Below are positions 38,031-47,393 of a stretch of DNA of 64,000 nucleotides, piece by piece (position 1 is the stretch's first letter; each line of letters opens with the position of its first letter). The notes beneath the pieces are model-generated. The model saw nothing but the letters and a program-made list of their open reading frames with translations, made no database searches and had not been told where the DNA came from. This DNA comes from an uncultured virus (IMG/VR IMGVR_UViG_3300034101_006118) (Duplodnaviria > Heunggongvirae > Uroviricota > Caudoviricetes), in the IMG/VR virus record IMGVR_UViG_3300034101_006118. One strand, written 5' to 3'. A program made the translations under genes and the position numbers.

Positions 38031-41000
38031 ATGATGTCTGATAATATTATTCTGCCTTACAACTCTAAACTTGCCCCCGATGAGCGTAAGCAAAGGCTTC
38101 TGAACGACACATTCAATTGGTTTGATATGTGTAACGAAGTTTTTTTTGACTTCGTGAAGAATCTGTATGGCGGAGTGAAGCATGAACATTTGATTCTTGT
38201 GAATTTTGCCGAGAAACCCAAGAAGGTTAGCAATAGTAAAAAGCCTAAGAAAAAAGATCAGGAAGTCAACATTCATGTTGAGCCCAATCAAGCCGAATGG
38301 GTTGACAATGCTTGTGCCACATTCTGGTTTCGATTGCAGGCAAAATCAACAGTACAATTAGACCAATCAGTCCAGACAGCAGAAGAGCGTATTCGACGAT
38401 TTCGGGATTATGCTGGTCACGAGCCATCATCATTTGCCAAATCTTATCTAAATGGTAATTATGATCCAGAGAAGACTGAATGGGTTGATTGCAGGCTTCT
38501 TTATGTCAATTTTTGCCGTAATCTGAATGTCAACCTTGATGCGGACATTCGCACAATGGTCGAACACAATCTTCTTCCTGTTCTCCCCGGTCAGGATTTC
38601 AAAACCAACAATGTATTCTCCAACATTTTTGGAGTAGGCAATAAGGAAGACAAGGGTCAAAAAACGAACTGGCTTAACACGGTCGCAGAAGGCCTTCAGT
38701 CCAAGGAAATTTGGAATTGGGATGAGTATCGTGATTTGATATCAAGATCTACTGGATGCTCTACGGCAGCAGAACTGAGGTCTGAGTCGATTGGCAGGCC
38801 AAGCATGCTTGCAGTTGATTTTGCATCTGAGAAATCAGGCCAAATATCACAGGAATGGCTTGCAGAAAGGGTTAAGTCTTTTAGGGCAGCAGCTTCTCAA
38901 AAAAGCAAAATCTATGACATGCCTAATCGTCTTGTTTTGAAGGAATACATTGCTTCAAAAATCGGGCCTTTCAAACTTGAAAGGTGGTCTGCTGCTGCCG
39001 TTTCTGCTTATAAGGATGTCCGCAGCAAGAATAGTATCAATTTGCTTTATTCCAAGGAAAGATTGTGGCGATGCAAGGAAATTGCTCAGATTTTGGTTGA
39101 TAATCCGCAGGTTGCTGAAGCCCAACAGATTCTTGTTAATTATTCTTCTGGTGATACCAATTCATTCACAGTTGAAAATCGTCACATGGGCGATTTGACT
39201 GTTCTTTTCAAGATTTGGGAAAAGATGGATATGGATTCTGGCATAGAACAGTATTCCGAAATTTATCGTGATGAATATAGTCGTGATCCAATTACAGAGT
39301 TGCTACGCTATCTCTACAATCATAGGCATATTTCGGCAAAAACTTTTAGGGCTGCTGCAAGGTTGAATTCTCTTTCGCTGAAGAATGATCGTAAGAAAAT
39401 TCACCCGACTATCAGTGGTAGGACTAGCGTTTCTTTCGGCCATTCAACAATCAAGGGATGCATTACTCCTCCCGATCATATTGTCAAAAATCGAAAAGAG
39501 AATGCTGGAAGCACTGGCATGATCTGGGTTACAATGCAGCTTATCGATAATGGTCGATGGGCGGATCATCATATTCCTTTCCACAATTCTCGCTACTATC
39601 GTGATTTTTATGCTTATCGTGCCGATCTACCGACTATTTCTGATCCTCGTCGTAAATCTTTTGGACATAGGATCGGCAATAATATTAGCGATACAAGGAT
39701 GATTAATCATGATTGCAAAAAAGCATCAAAAATGTATCTTCGCACAATCCAGAATATGACGCACAATGTGGCATTCGACCAGCAGACTCAGTTCGCTGTT
39801 CGTCGTTATGCTGATAATAATTTCACGATTACGATCCAAGCTAGGGTTGTAGGGAGGAAATATAAAAAGGAAATATCAGTTGGTGATCGTGTGATGGGTG
39901 TTGACCAGAATCAGACCACAAGTAACACATATTCTGTTTGGGAAGTAGTTGCTGAAGGGACTGAAAATTCTTACCCATATAAGGGCAATAATTATCGTCT
40001 CGTTGAGGATGGATTTATTCGCAGCGAATGCAGTGGTCGAGATCAGCTTTCCTATGATGGTCTTGATTTTCAGGACTTTGCTCAATGGCGCAGGGAAAGA
40101 TACGCATTTTTATCTTCTGTTGGATGTATTCTCAATGACGAAATCGAGCCTCAAATCCCTGTTAGTGCCGAAAAGGCAAAAAAGAAGAAGAATTTTTCTA
40201 AGTGGCGTGGTTGTTCTCTTTATAGTTGGAACCTCTGTTATGCATATTATCTTAAGGATTTGATGCATGAGAACTTGGCAAATAATCCTGCTGGATTCCG
40301 ACAGGAAATTCTGAATTTTATTCAGGGTTCTAGGGGCGTGAGGCTTTGTTCCCTTAATCACACTAGCTTCCGACTTCTCTCTAAAGCCAAGTCTCTAATT
40401 CATTCATTTTTTGGTCTAAACAATATCAAAGATCCTGAATCTCAAAGGGATTTTGATCCAGAAATTTATGACATAATGGTCAATCTGACACAAAGGAAGA
40501 CCAACAAGAGGAAGGAAAAAGCTAATCGCATCACTTCTTCAATTTTGCAAATTGCCAATAGGCTGAATGTCAGTCGTATTGTGATTGAGAACGATTTGCC
40601 GAATGCAAGTTCCAAAAACAAGGCATCAGCCAATCAAAGGGCAACTGATTGGTGTGCTAGAAATGTATCTGAGAAATTAGAATATGCCTGCAAGATGCTT
40701 GGTATCAGCTTATGGCAGATTGATCCAAGGGACACATCGCACCTTGATCCATTTGTTGTGGGCAAGGAGGCTAGATTTATGAAAATAAAGGTTTCTGATA
40801 TTAACGAATACACTATCAGTAATTTCAAAAAGTGGCATGCAAACATTGCTACAACAAGTACTACAGCACCTCTTTATCATGATGCTTTGAAGGCATTTTC
40901 TTCTCATTATGGAATTGATTGGGACAATTTGCCAGAAATGAAGTTTTGGGAATTGAAGAATGCCTTGAAAGACCATAAAGAGGTGTTTATCCCAAATCGT

Positions 41001-41132
41001 GGTGGTCGCTGCTATTTATCGACATTGCCGGTGACTTCTACATCTGAAAAGATTGTTTTCAATGGAAGAGAGAGATGGTTGAACGCAAGTGATATTGTGG
41101 CAGGAGTTAACATTGTGCTAAGATCAGTATGA
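38031..41132 (+). CDS. cas12i: type V-I CRISPR effector Cas12i
   Basis: 1033 aa; RuvC-I GVDQNQT, RuvC-II IVIENDL, RuvC-III SDIVAGVNI; Cas12i-type motifs FGVGNKED, WADHHIPF, DQLSYDG, DWCAR, TSHLDPF, PNRGGR; adjacent array with AGAAATCCGTC..GACGG handle. Confidence 0.92.
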   Translation: MMSDNIILPYNSKLAPDERKQRLLNDTFNWFDMCNEVFFDFVKNLYGGVKHEHLILVNFAEKPKKVSNSKKPKKKDQEVNIHVEPNQAEWVDNACATFWFRLQAKSTVQLDQSVQTAEERIRRFRDYAGHEPSSFAKSYLNGNYDPEKTEWVDCRLLYVNFCRNLNVNLDADIRTMVEHNLLPVLPGQDFKTNNVFSNIFGVGNKEDKGQKTNWLNTVAEGLQSKEIWNWDEYRDLISRSTGCSTAAELRSESIGRPSMLAVDFASEKSGQISQEWLAERVKSFRAAASQKSKIYDMPNRLVLKEYIASKIGPFKLERWSAAAVSAYKDVRSKNSINLLYSKERLWRCKEIAQILVDNPQVAEAQQILVNYSSGDTNSFTVENRHMGDLTVLFKIWEKMDMDSGIEQYSEIYRDEYSRDPITELLRYLYNHRHISAKTFRAAARLNSLSLKNDRKKIHPTISGRTSVSFGHSTIKGCITPPDHIVKNRKENAGSTGMIWVTMQLIDNGRWADHHIPFHNSRYYRDFYAYRADLPTISDPRRKSFGHRIGNNISDTRMINHDCKKASKMYLRTIQNMTHNVAFDQQTQFAVRRYADNNFTITIQARVVGRKYKKEISVGDRVMGVDQNQTTSNTYSVWEVVAEGTENSYPYKGNNYRLVEDGFIRSECSGRDQLSYDGLDFQDFAQWRRERYAFLSSVGCILNDEIEPQIPVSAEKAKKKKNFSKWRGCSLYSWNLCYAYYLKDLMHENLANNPAGFRQEILNFIQGSRGVRLCSLNHTSFRLLSKAKSLIHSFFGLNNIKDPESQRDFDPEIYDIMVNLTQRKTNKRKEKANRITSSILQIANRLNVSRIVIENDLPNASSKNKASANQRATDWCARNVSEKLEYACKMLGISLWQIDPRDTSHLDPFVVGKEARFMKIKVSDINEYTISNFKKWHANIATTSTTAPLYHDALKAFSSHYGIDWDNLPEMKFWELKNALKDHKEVFIPNRGGRCYLSTLPVTSTSEKIVFNGRERWLNASDIVAGVNIVLRSV

Positions 41133-41310
41133 TGCGAGTGATTGGGTGCCGTAGCAAATTCAGCACCCTCTCGCAATTCGTAAATCTTTAACTTGATTCG
41201 TTTTAAGCGAATCTGCTCTTTGACAAGTAGGTGATTATGGGGATTTGCGGGTGACCCTCTCGCAAAGAATGGCGTAATCTTTTATGCAGTATGGCTTTGT
41301 GAGGTGAGCC
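41133..41310 (+). promoter_or_regulatory. CRISPR leader with direct and inverted repeats
   Basis: ACCCTCTCGCAA at 41165 and 41254; TGCGAG/CTCGCA inverted pair; degenerate repeats lie at the far end of the array. Confidence 0.7.
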
Positions 41311-42002
41311 CTCTCAATGCCTTAGAAATCCGTCCAAAGTTGACGGGGCAGAATTGCTGTGAGTATCCAAAATGGATTTGAGGCTCGCAATGCCTTAGAA
41401 ATCCGTCCTTGGTTGACGGTGTCCTTCAGAGCGAGCAAAGTTTCCCAAGAAATACTCTCAATGCCTTAGAAATCCGTCCAAAGTTGACGGCGTGATTCCC
41501 TTGTGCAGATTGGGCGGCACGGGCACTCTCAATGCCTTAGAAATCCGTCCAAAGTTGACGGCTGATCTCCATTTCTGATTGACGGGCATCAGCGGCACTC
41601 GCAATGCCTTAGAAATCCGTCCAAAGTTGACGGGACAGCGGACCTAAAGCGATGGCGAAAAACTTACAAACTCGCAATGCCTTAGAAATCCGTCCAAAGT
41701 TGACGGTCGTAATAGAGGGGGACTGTTGCCCCGTCCTCAATTGCTCGCAATGCCTTAGAAATCCGTCCTTGGCTGACGGGAAACTGGTTGATATGCTATC
41801 GATTCGAGTGTATTTCTCGCAATGCCTTAGAAATCCGTCCAAAGTTGACGGGTTAGGTGTCATCCCGATCCATCCTACAGGTTGGAGACCTCTCAATGCC
41901 TAAGAAATCCGTCCATAGTTGACGGACGGTACTCTGATAAGGACTGCCAGAACCCAACCGATAGTACTCTCAATGCCTAAGAAATCCGTTCAAAGTTGAC
42001 GG
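41311..42002 (+). CRISPR. CRISPR array, 10 x 36-nt repeats, 9 spacers (35-41 nt)
   Basis: Repeat CTC(T/G)CAATGCCTTAGAAATCCGTCCAAAGTTGACGG starting at 41311, 41384, 41455, 41526, 41598, 41671, 41744, 41816, 41890, 41967. Confidence 0.98.
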
Positions 42003-42042
42003 ATAGACGGAAGAAATGTGGCAAAATTATTTTATTTGCAAT

Positions 42043-42097
42043 TGTAAATAATTTTTTATTACAAGTGTAAATAATTTTTTATTACAAGTGTAAATAA
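42043..42097 (+). repeat. 23-bp AT-rich tandem repeat (2.4 copies)
   Basis: TGTAAATAATTTTTTATTACAAG x2 + TGTAAATAA. Confidence 0.85.
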
Positions 42098-42128
42098 ATC
42101 ATACATCCCCTTACGCTTGGAGAAAAAA

Positions 42129-42755
42129 ATGCAGAGTTTTAGTGAATTCTTAAATAGAAAAAAAGGCAACTCTCTTGCGGAATCAATTGTTCGCAGTGGA
42201 ATTGATTCAGAATTTTTTTGCGAGACTGTCACGAACGCAGCTAGAAGAGTGAATCCCAGAGATCCTCGTGCTGTTGACAGAATTGTTGAAACTGTTTACA
42301 ACGAGTTCCTCGGCAGGATGCTAGGTGGTCTTGGAAATGTTCTGGGAAAGAGTGCTGCTCAATCAACATTCGGCACAAAAACCGCCGCTGCTGCTGGTAG
42401 CAAGGCCCTTCAAGCTGGTCAGTATCTTGGCGGCAAGGCCCTTCAAGCTGGTCAGTATCTTGGCGACAAGGCCGTTCAAGCTGGTCAGGCAATCAAGCAA
42501 AGCGCCCAAAATATTGGCGACAATTACATGCAAGGCGCTCAAGTTGCTCAATTGAATAAGGTCAAAGGTCAAGTTGAAAACATGAAGCAAAACTTGGTAC
42601 AAATTTTAGGAAACTATGGTATGACATCAGGATTTACCGACAATATTAACAAACAACTCGACTCACTGTCTAAAAAGCTTCAGCAAATTCTTGATCAAGT
42701 TTCCCAAGACGCAACTCTCCGTGCTGGTCCCGGTGGAGTTAAGCCTGTAAGGTAA
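42129..42755 (+). CDS. helical protein with 11-aa repeats (capsid-targeting-like N-terminus)
   Basis: MQSFSEFLN; KALQAGQYLGG repeats (33-bp units ~42400-42490). Confidence 0.65.
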   Translation: MQSFSEFLNRKKGNSLAESIVRSGIDSEFFCETVTNAARRVNPRDPRAVDRIVETVYNEFLGRMLGGLGNVLGKSAAQSTFGTKTAAAAGSKALQAGQYLGGKALQAGQYLGDKAVQAGQAIKQSAQNIGDNYMQGAQVAQLNKVKGQVENMKQNLVQILGNYGMTSGFTDNINKQLDSLSKKLQQILDQVSQDATLRAGPGGVKPVR

Positions 42756-42810
42756 TATTCGTTAATTTGACAGAAAAATACATATACATTTATAACAATC
42801 TATATTAATT

Positions 42811-42846
42811 AGTAAAGCCGTCATCTAGGTGACGGCTTTACTTTTT
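42811..42846 (+). terminator. intrinsic terminator (stem contains CCGTCA/TGACGG)
   Basis: AGTAAAGCCGTCA-TCTAGG-TGACGGCTTTACT-TTTT. Confidence 0.75.
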
Positions 42847-42920
42847 GGCCAATTCGATGTAATTTGCTTTTGTTCATTTTTTAAGAAACAAGTTTCCGAT
42901 TAGCGGTTAGGAGCAAATTA

Positions 42921-43325
42921 ATGTTGTCAATCATCAATAGAATTGCCTTTTTTGCTGGTCAAATTAGTTCTCGTTTGGGTTTGGCTTCCTTTCCATCTGC
43001 CAATTCACAAAAATCACCGTTAGAATCTGATAGCAAGATTGATGTTAATATTCCTGATTACGGTAAGGATTCCATCTTAAATCCTGAAGCTCAAATGAAT
43101 GATATTGCTTATAAAACTAAAATTCTGGTTGATGAAATCAATGAAGAAAAAAACAAGTTGATGTCACAAGTTTATTGTTCAGATTCTGATAAAATTAGAA
43201 TTCAAGATTTGGATCAAAAGGAAAGGGAAGTAATGCAAGAGCGCAGGAGGATCATGGAATTGATCCGAAATGATTTTGGCATGCCTTCTAGTTGTGATTT
43301 ATCTTCTGTTAATTGGAGGATTTAG
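42921..43325 (+). CDS. hypothetical protein
   Basis: AGGAG SD, 134 aa. Confidence 0.55.
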   Translation: MLSIINRIAFFAGQISSRLGLASFPSANSQKSPLESDSKIDVNIPDYGKDSILNPEAQMNDIAYKTKILVDEINEEKNKLMSQVYCSDSDKIRIQDLDQKEREVMQERRRIMELIRNDFGMPSSCDLSSVNWRI

Positions 43326-43337
43326 AAAAAAAGTTGT

Positions 43338-44801
43338 TTGAAAGATTTAGAAAATAGCAATAAGATGACTGGAAGGGTTATTGGCATGGACATGAAAGAA
43401 GTGTCAATGAAGATGGAGATTACCGGCTACGAACATCTTCATCTTCATTCGGATTTTTCAACCTTGGATGGATTCGGCCAAGTTGAAGAGTATTGTGTCC
43501 GTGCGCCGAAAATTAATCAAAATTTTCTTACTATTTCTGATCACGGGATGATGGGAGCGGTTCCTCGTCAAATTAAAGGATGTGAAAAGATCAATGACAA
43601 ACTTGGTAAGGATACTTTGTCCCCAATTTTTGCAGTTGAGTTATATGTAAATCGCTTGCAAACTGAGATGACGGAAGAGAATGAAGGTAAGAAAATATAT
43701 TCAAGCCTTACTGAAATAGAACAAAACGAGTTCAAAAGTAGCAGCCATCTTCTTGCTATAGCTACAAATCAAGAAGGATATAAGAACCTTGTTCGCTTGT
43801 CGTCATGGGGTTGGACAAAAGGATTTTATCGTCGCCCCAGAGTCAATTATGAACAAATTAAAAAATACAAGGAAGGAATTATTTTTACTTCTTGCTGTTA
43901 TGCAAGCGAGATAGGAAGAGCATTTGAAAGAGGTGGGGAAGACGAAGCGAACAATATGATTGAAAGATATATTGAAATGTTCGGTAAGGAACATTTTTAT
44001 CTTGAGATTATGCTTCTCGATTTTAAGAAGCAAAAGCCTTATGACAAATTTATTGTTAAGGCAAAAGAGCGATATGGATTGAAAATTATACTTTCAAATG
44101 ATGTCCATTATTGCAACAAAGAGGATAGTCATTATCAAAGATTGATGCTGATGATTCAGACAAATCGTACAATTGCTGAAATTGAAAAGGCATTAAAAGA
44201 AGATTCGGATCAAGATTTTTTTGAGTTGCAGGATGCCAATCTTTGGATGAAGAGTGAAGAAGAATTAAATGCAAAGTGGTTGTCAGATTATGCGGACACT
44301 ATTCCTTATGAAATATTCTGCGAGGCAAAGAGAACTACTGTTGATATTTGCAGGAAAGCAAAAGGTGTTCAGCTTGATAGGAGCTTAAAGTTGCCTGTCA
44401 TTCCTGATGGTGATGATAAGCTTAAAGAGGAAATTATGATTGGTTTCCAAAGTCGTGGATTGCCTAAAAATAGAGAATATTTAGATAGAATAAAAGAAGA
44501 ATATAGTCTTATTACGAGGAAGGGATTTACAAGTTACTTTCTAATACAAAAGATGATGACAGATGAGGCTAGAAGGGTTTGTCGTGATATTTTGGGTTTT
44601 GGTGATGGTTCACAGGCTGTTGGTCCGGGTCGTGGGAGTTGTTGTGGTTCCCTTATTTGTTATTGTCTTGGAATCACAAGTGTTGATCCAGTTCGTGAAG
44701 GATTGCTTTTCAGTCGCTTTATGAGTGAAGCTCGTGGAGGCAGAAGTCTTAAATTGGAGTTCAGCAATATTGACCCCTTGCCTCCTGATGAGTTGTCTTA
44801 A
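43338..44801 (+). CDS. dnaE: DNA polymerase III alpha, N-terminal part (PHP domain to GRGS/FSRF motifs)
   Basis: HLHLHSDFSTLDG, SDHG, HL, NDVHY, GPGRGS..GSLICYCLGIT.VDP, LLFSRF; true start probably ~43413. Confidence 0.9.
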   Translation: MKDLENSNKMTGRVIGMDMKEVSMKMEITGYEHLHLHSDFSTLDGFGQVEEYCVRAPKINQNFLTISDHGMMGAVPRQIKGCEKINDKLGKDTLSPIFAVELYVNRLQTEMTEENEGKKIYSSLTEIEQNEFKSSSHLLAIATNQEGYKNLVRLSSWGWTKGFYRRPRVNYEQIKKYKEGIIFTSCCYASEIGRAFERGGEDEANNMIERYIEMFGKEHFYLEIMLLDFKKQKPYDKFIVKAKERYGLKIILSNDVHYCNKEDSHYQRLMLMIQTNRTIAEIEKALKEDSDQDFFELQDANLWMKSEEELNAKWLSDYADTIPYEIFCEAKRTTVDICRKAKGVQLDRSLKLPVIPDGDDKLKEEIMIGFQSRGLPKNREYLDRIKEEYSLITRKGFTSYFLIQKMMTDEARRVCRDILGFGDGSQAVGPGRGSCCGSLICYCLGITSVDPVREGLLFSRFMSEARGGRSLKLEFSNIDPLPPDELS

Positions 44802-45595
44802 ACGCCAATTCCAGTTATTGTAACTTCACCAGTAGATGAGTTAAAATTAACTACGAGTCTTTTCTCGCTGGCCTTTCTATTTATTGTTTTTAATTTTTCT
44901 TCAATTGATTTTTTGTTTCCCGTAACTGTCAATTTGCCAACTTTTCCTTCAAGTGCGTCATCGATTGCAATATCGACTGCTGATTTTTGAAGATTTGGTC
45001 GAATTACGGCAGATGGAATTGGTGGAGATTCGGTTTGTTCTCCGCATTGCAGTCTTAACATTTCTGATTCATCTCTTCTGATTTTGACATTCATGTCGTC
45101 ATCTATGATGTTTTTTATTTCTGGAGCAGTTGTTATGTCTTCTTCATTTGGCAACATCCAATAATTGGGCATATTTGCCAATATGGTATTTGCTGTTAGT
45201 TTCATTTGTTTCCATAGTTCAACAAGAAGACTAAGACTTTTGCATCTGCTGATATTTCCAATTCGTTGATTCTCTTCGATTGCTTGCCATACTGCGTCAT
45301 AGTTTGTAAGCTGATGTCTTATTGAGGTGGCAAAAACCCTGTTTGGTCTTCCTATTCCTCTTTTCTTTTTTTTCATTTGTTCTGCAAGTTCTTTTTTGTA
45401 TTGTTCCATTGCGTGATTGTGAATATTTTTTACAGATATATCTTGATATCTGCTTGTGTCGATGCTAAGTCTTTTGGCAATCTTGAAATCTGGTATTGGT
45501 TTTACGGATTCTCTGGACCCAGTTCTTGCTTCATGAAGAAGCATGTTGAAATCAAGGGTTTCCCTTACTGCCAGCCATTCTATAAAGCTTTTCAT
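44798..45595 (-). CDS. hypothetical protein (capsid-targeting-like N-terminus)
   Basis: MKSFIEWLAVRE; IRHQLTNYD; TAAATA 4 nt upstream. Confidence 0.65.
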   Translation of the reverse strand: MKSFIEWLAVRETLDFNMLLHEARTGSRESVKPIPDFKIAKRLSIDTSRYQDISVKNIHNHAMEQYKKELAEQMKKKKRGIGRPNRVFATSIRHQLTNYDAVWQAIEENQRIGNISRCKSLSLLVELWKQMKLTANTILANMPNYWMLPNEEDITTAPEIKNIIDDDMNVKIRRDESEMLRLQCGEQTESPPIPSAVIRPNLQKSAVDIAIDDALEGKVGKLTVTGNKKSIEEKLKTINRKASEKRLVVNFNSSTGEVTITGIGV

Positions 45596-45602
45596 GTCAT
45601 AT

Positions 45603-46442
45603 TTAGAAGCTTTGTTTGATTTTTTTTACAACATATTTTGGATCAACAGTTTGATTGAATGTAATGATTCTGAAATTATTTGGGTCACAACATGGCGCAC
45701 TTGATGGATTATATTCAAGTATTTCTTGAATTTTATAAATGAAATTAATTGCGTATCTTTGCCACATGATCACTTTTAGCACATTGTTATCAGATGGATA
45801 AAGTAAAATCATTCTTGGATGATTTATCGATCCTGCATAGTGAGTTGTTCCTGTATCGCATCCGATATAATATTTAGATTTTTCTATGTATTTGAAAGTT
45901 GTGTAAATATTGTCGCTAAAGACGACTCGTCTGTCTTTTAATTTGAATTCATTTTTTTTATTGGAGTCAATGATACAAATTGAATTTGGAAAATTAAGTA
46001 GAATTTGTTGAAAAACTTCTTCGGAATTTTTCAATTCTCTTTCAAAGTAATAATTTGGTTTTATGTATGGAATAAACACACAGTCAAATTCAATTTTTGA
46101 ATTGTCATATTTTATTTGGCTTTCAGTATAAAACTTATTTGCTCTAAGGAATGGTGCCCAATTCCAGACACCGACAAGATCGATAGTTGTATTTTCCTCA
46201 GAATTATTTCTTACAAAATTGACTATGTTTTCTGGAAAAACATTAAGCATGGAAATGTAACGGTTTCCGTCTTGATAATTTATATTTATTTTTTTTGTTT
46301 TAAGATATTTGTAGAGTGCGCTTAGTTGTATTTCGTCGCCAATTCTATTTGCAGTATTACATTCAAATATTTTGCCTTTGATGATTGCGCTTTCCCACGC
46401 TTCTTTTTGATCTTTGAATCTTTGTTCTATGATTTCTAGCAT
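45603..46442 (-). CDS. GT9-like glycosyltransferase
   Basis: RIGDEI, YIGCDTGTTHYA. Confidence 0.65.
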   Translation of the reverse strand: MLEIIEQRFKDQKEAWESAIIKGKIFECNTANRIGDEIQLSALYKYLKTKKININYQDGNRYISMLNVFPENIVNFVRNNSEENTTIDLVGVWNWAPFLRANKFYTESQIKYDNSKIEFDCVFIPYIKPNYYFERELKNSEEVFQQILLNFPNSICIIDSNKKNEFKLKDRRVVFSDNIYTTFKYIEKSKYYIGCDTGTTHYAGSINHPRMILLYPSDNNVLKVIMWQRYAINFIYKIQEILEYNPSSAPCCDPNNFRIITFNQTVDPKYVVKKIKQSF

Positions 46443-46453
46443 GATTAAAAATT

Positions 46454-46492
46454 AAAAAAATAAGGGGGAAATTAATCTTCTCCCCCTTATTT
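46454..46492 (-). terminator. intrinsic terminator
   Basis: AAATAAGGGGGA...TCCCCCTTATTT followed by T run on - strand. Confidence 0.75.
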
Positions 46493-46523
46493 AAGTAATT
46501 AAATTTTTTTTGTCAACATTAAT

Positions 46524-47300
46524 TTACTCGTCTTCATCTTCGTCTTCGTCTTCTTCCTCATCTTCCTCATCTTCGTCTTCATATTCTTCGTCTTCTTCCT
46601 CATCTTCCTCATCTTCCTCATCTTCGTCTTCTTCTTCATCTTCGTCATCTTCATCTGATGCCACTACTTCAAAGATGGATTGGTTAAGTTTGCGATTGAA
46701 AGATTCGTTTTGAGTGATGAGTTCGGCAATAAAGTTGATAGTTTCTGGTTGTTCGGCCATTACAGCTATGAATGTTTCGAGAAGTCCACATCTTTTCATT
46801 TCCAAGACTGCATCAAGGACATACTGTGAATTGTCTTTGCAAACTGCGAATGTTTCTTTTAATGCTGCATATGCGTTGGATGGTGATGTTGTGAGTCCCG
46901 ACAATCTTTCGTTGCGAATTTTCTTGGTGAATTCGGCCAAGCTAAGATTTTTGTTCTTATTGAGCCACTCCATGGTTGTTTTCTTGGGATAATCGCTGAC
47001 AACTTTATTGTCTACTCCGTGTGCAGTTTTTGGCATGTTTTCGTAGCCCTTGCCGCCTTTATAGCCAAGACCATCAGAAGCGAATCCTTTATTTGGATCA
47101 GGAGCATCTTTGCCTCCCTTATAAGGTGATACAGATCCTGATTGTTTTACTCCACCTGCATTGGTGGGGAAAGCGCCAAGTTTGGGAGATGATCCATATG
47201 GTCCTTCATAGTCTGGGACAAGTTGTGTTTTTGCTTTAGTGCCTTTTTCATTGGCTTTTTCACGCATGGATTCAATATAACGCTGAAAATTTTGTCTCAT
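46524..47300 (-). CDS. protein with long poly-Asp/Glu tail (scaffold/core-like?)
   Basis: C-terminal ~43 residues almost all D/E; N-terminus MRQNFQRYIESMRE. Confidence 0.7.
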   Translation of the reverse strand: MRQNFQRYIESMREKANEKGTKAKTQLVPDYEGPYGSSPKLGAFPTNAGGVKQSGSVSPYKGGKDAPDPNKGFASDGLGYKGGKGYENMPKTAHGVDNKVVSDYPKKTTMEWLNKNKNLSLAEFTKKIRNERLSGLTTSPSNAYAALKETFAVCKDNSQYVLDAVLEMKRCGLLETFIAVMAEQPETINFIAELITQNESFNRKLNQSIFEVVASDEDDEDEEEDEDEEDEEDEEEDEEYEDEDEEDEEEDEDEDEDE

Positions 47301-47322
47301 GTGATTTTTCTCCGTCTGAATA

Positions 47323-47345
47323 CCGTCATCTTATGATGGGTTTAT
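47323..47345 (-). promoter_or_regulatory. CRISPR-handle-like palindrome upstream of ORF 47300
   Basis: ATAAACCCATC-ATAAGAT-GACGG on - strand, 17/23 identical to handle. Confidence 0.4.
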
Positions 47346-47393
47346 AAAACTATATAATGTTTAATTTTCAAAAATTTAACTAAATAATCTTAC

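Noticed and set aside
41609..41903. ORFs 41609-41896(-) and 41652-41903(+)
   Set aside because: They run through CRISPR repeats and spacers; translation artefacts
46510..46713. Poly-serine ORF on + strand
   Set aside because: Antisense shadow of the poly-D/E tail
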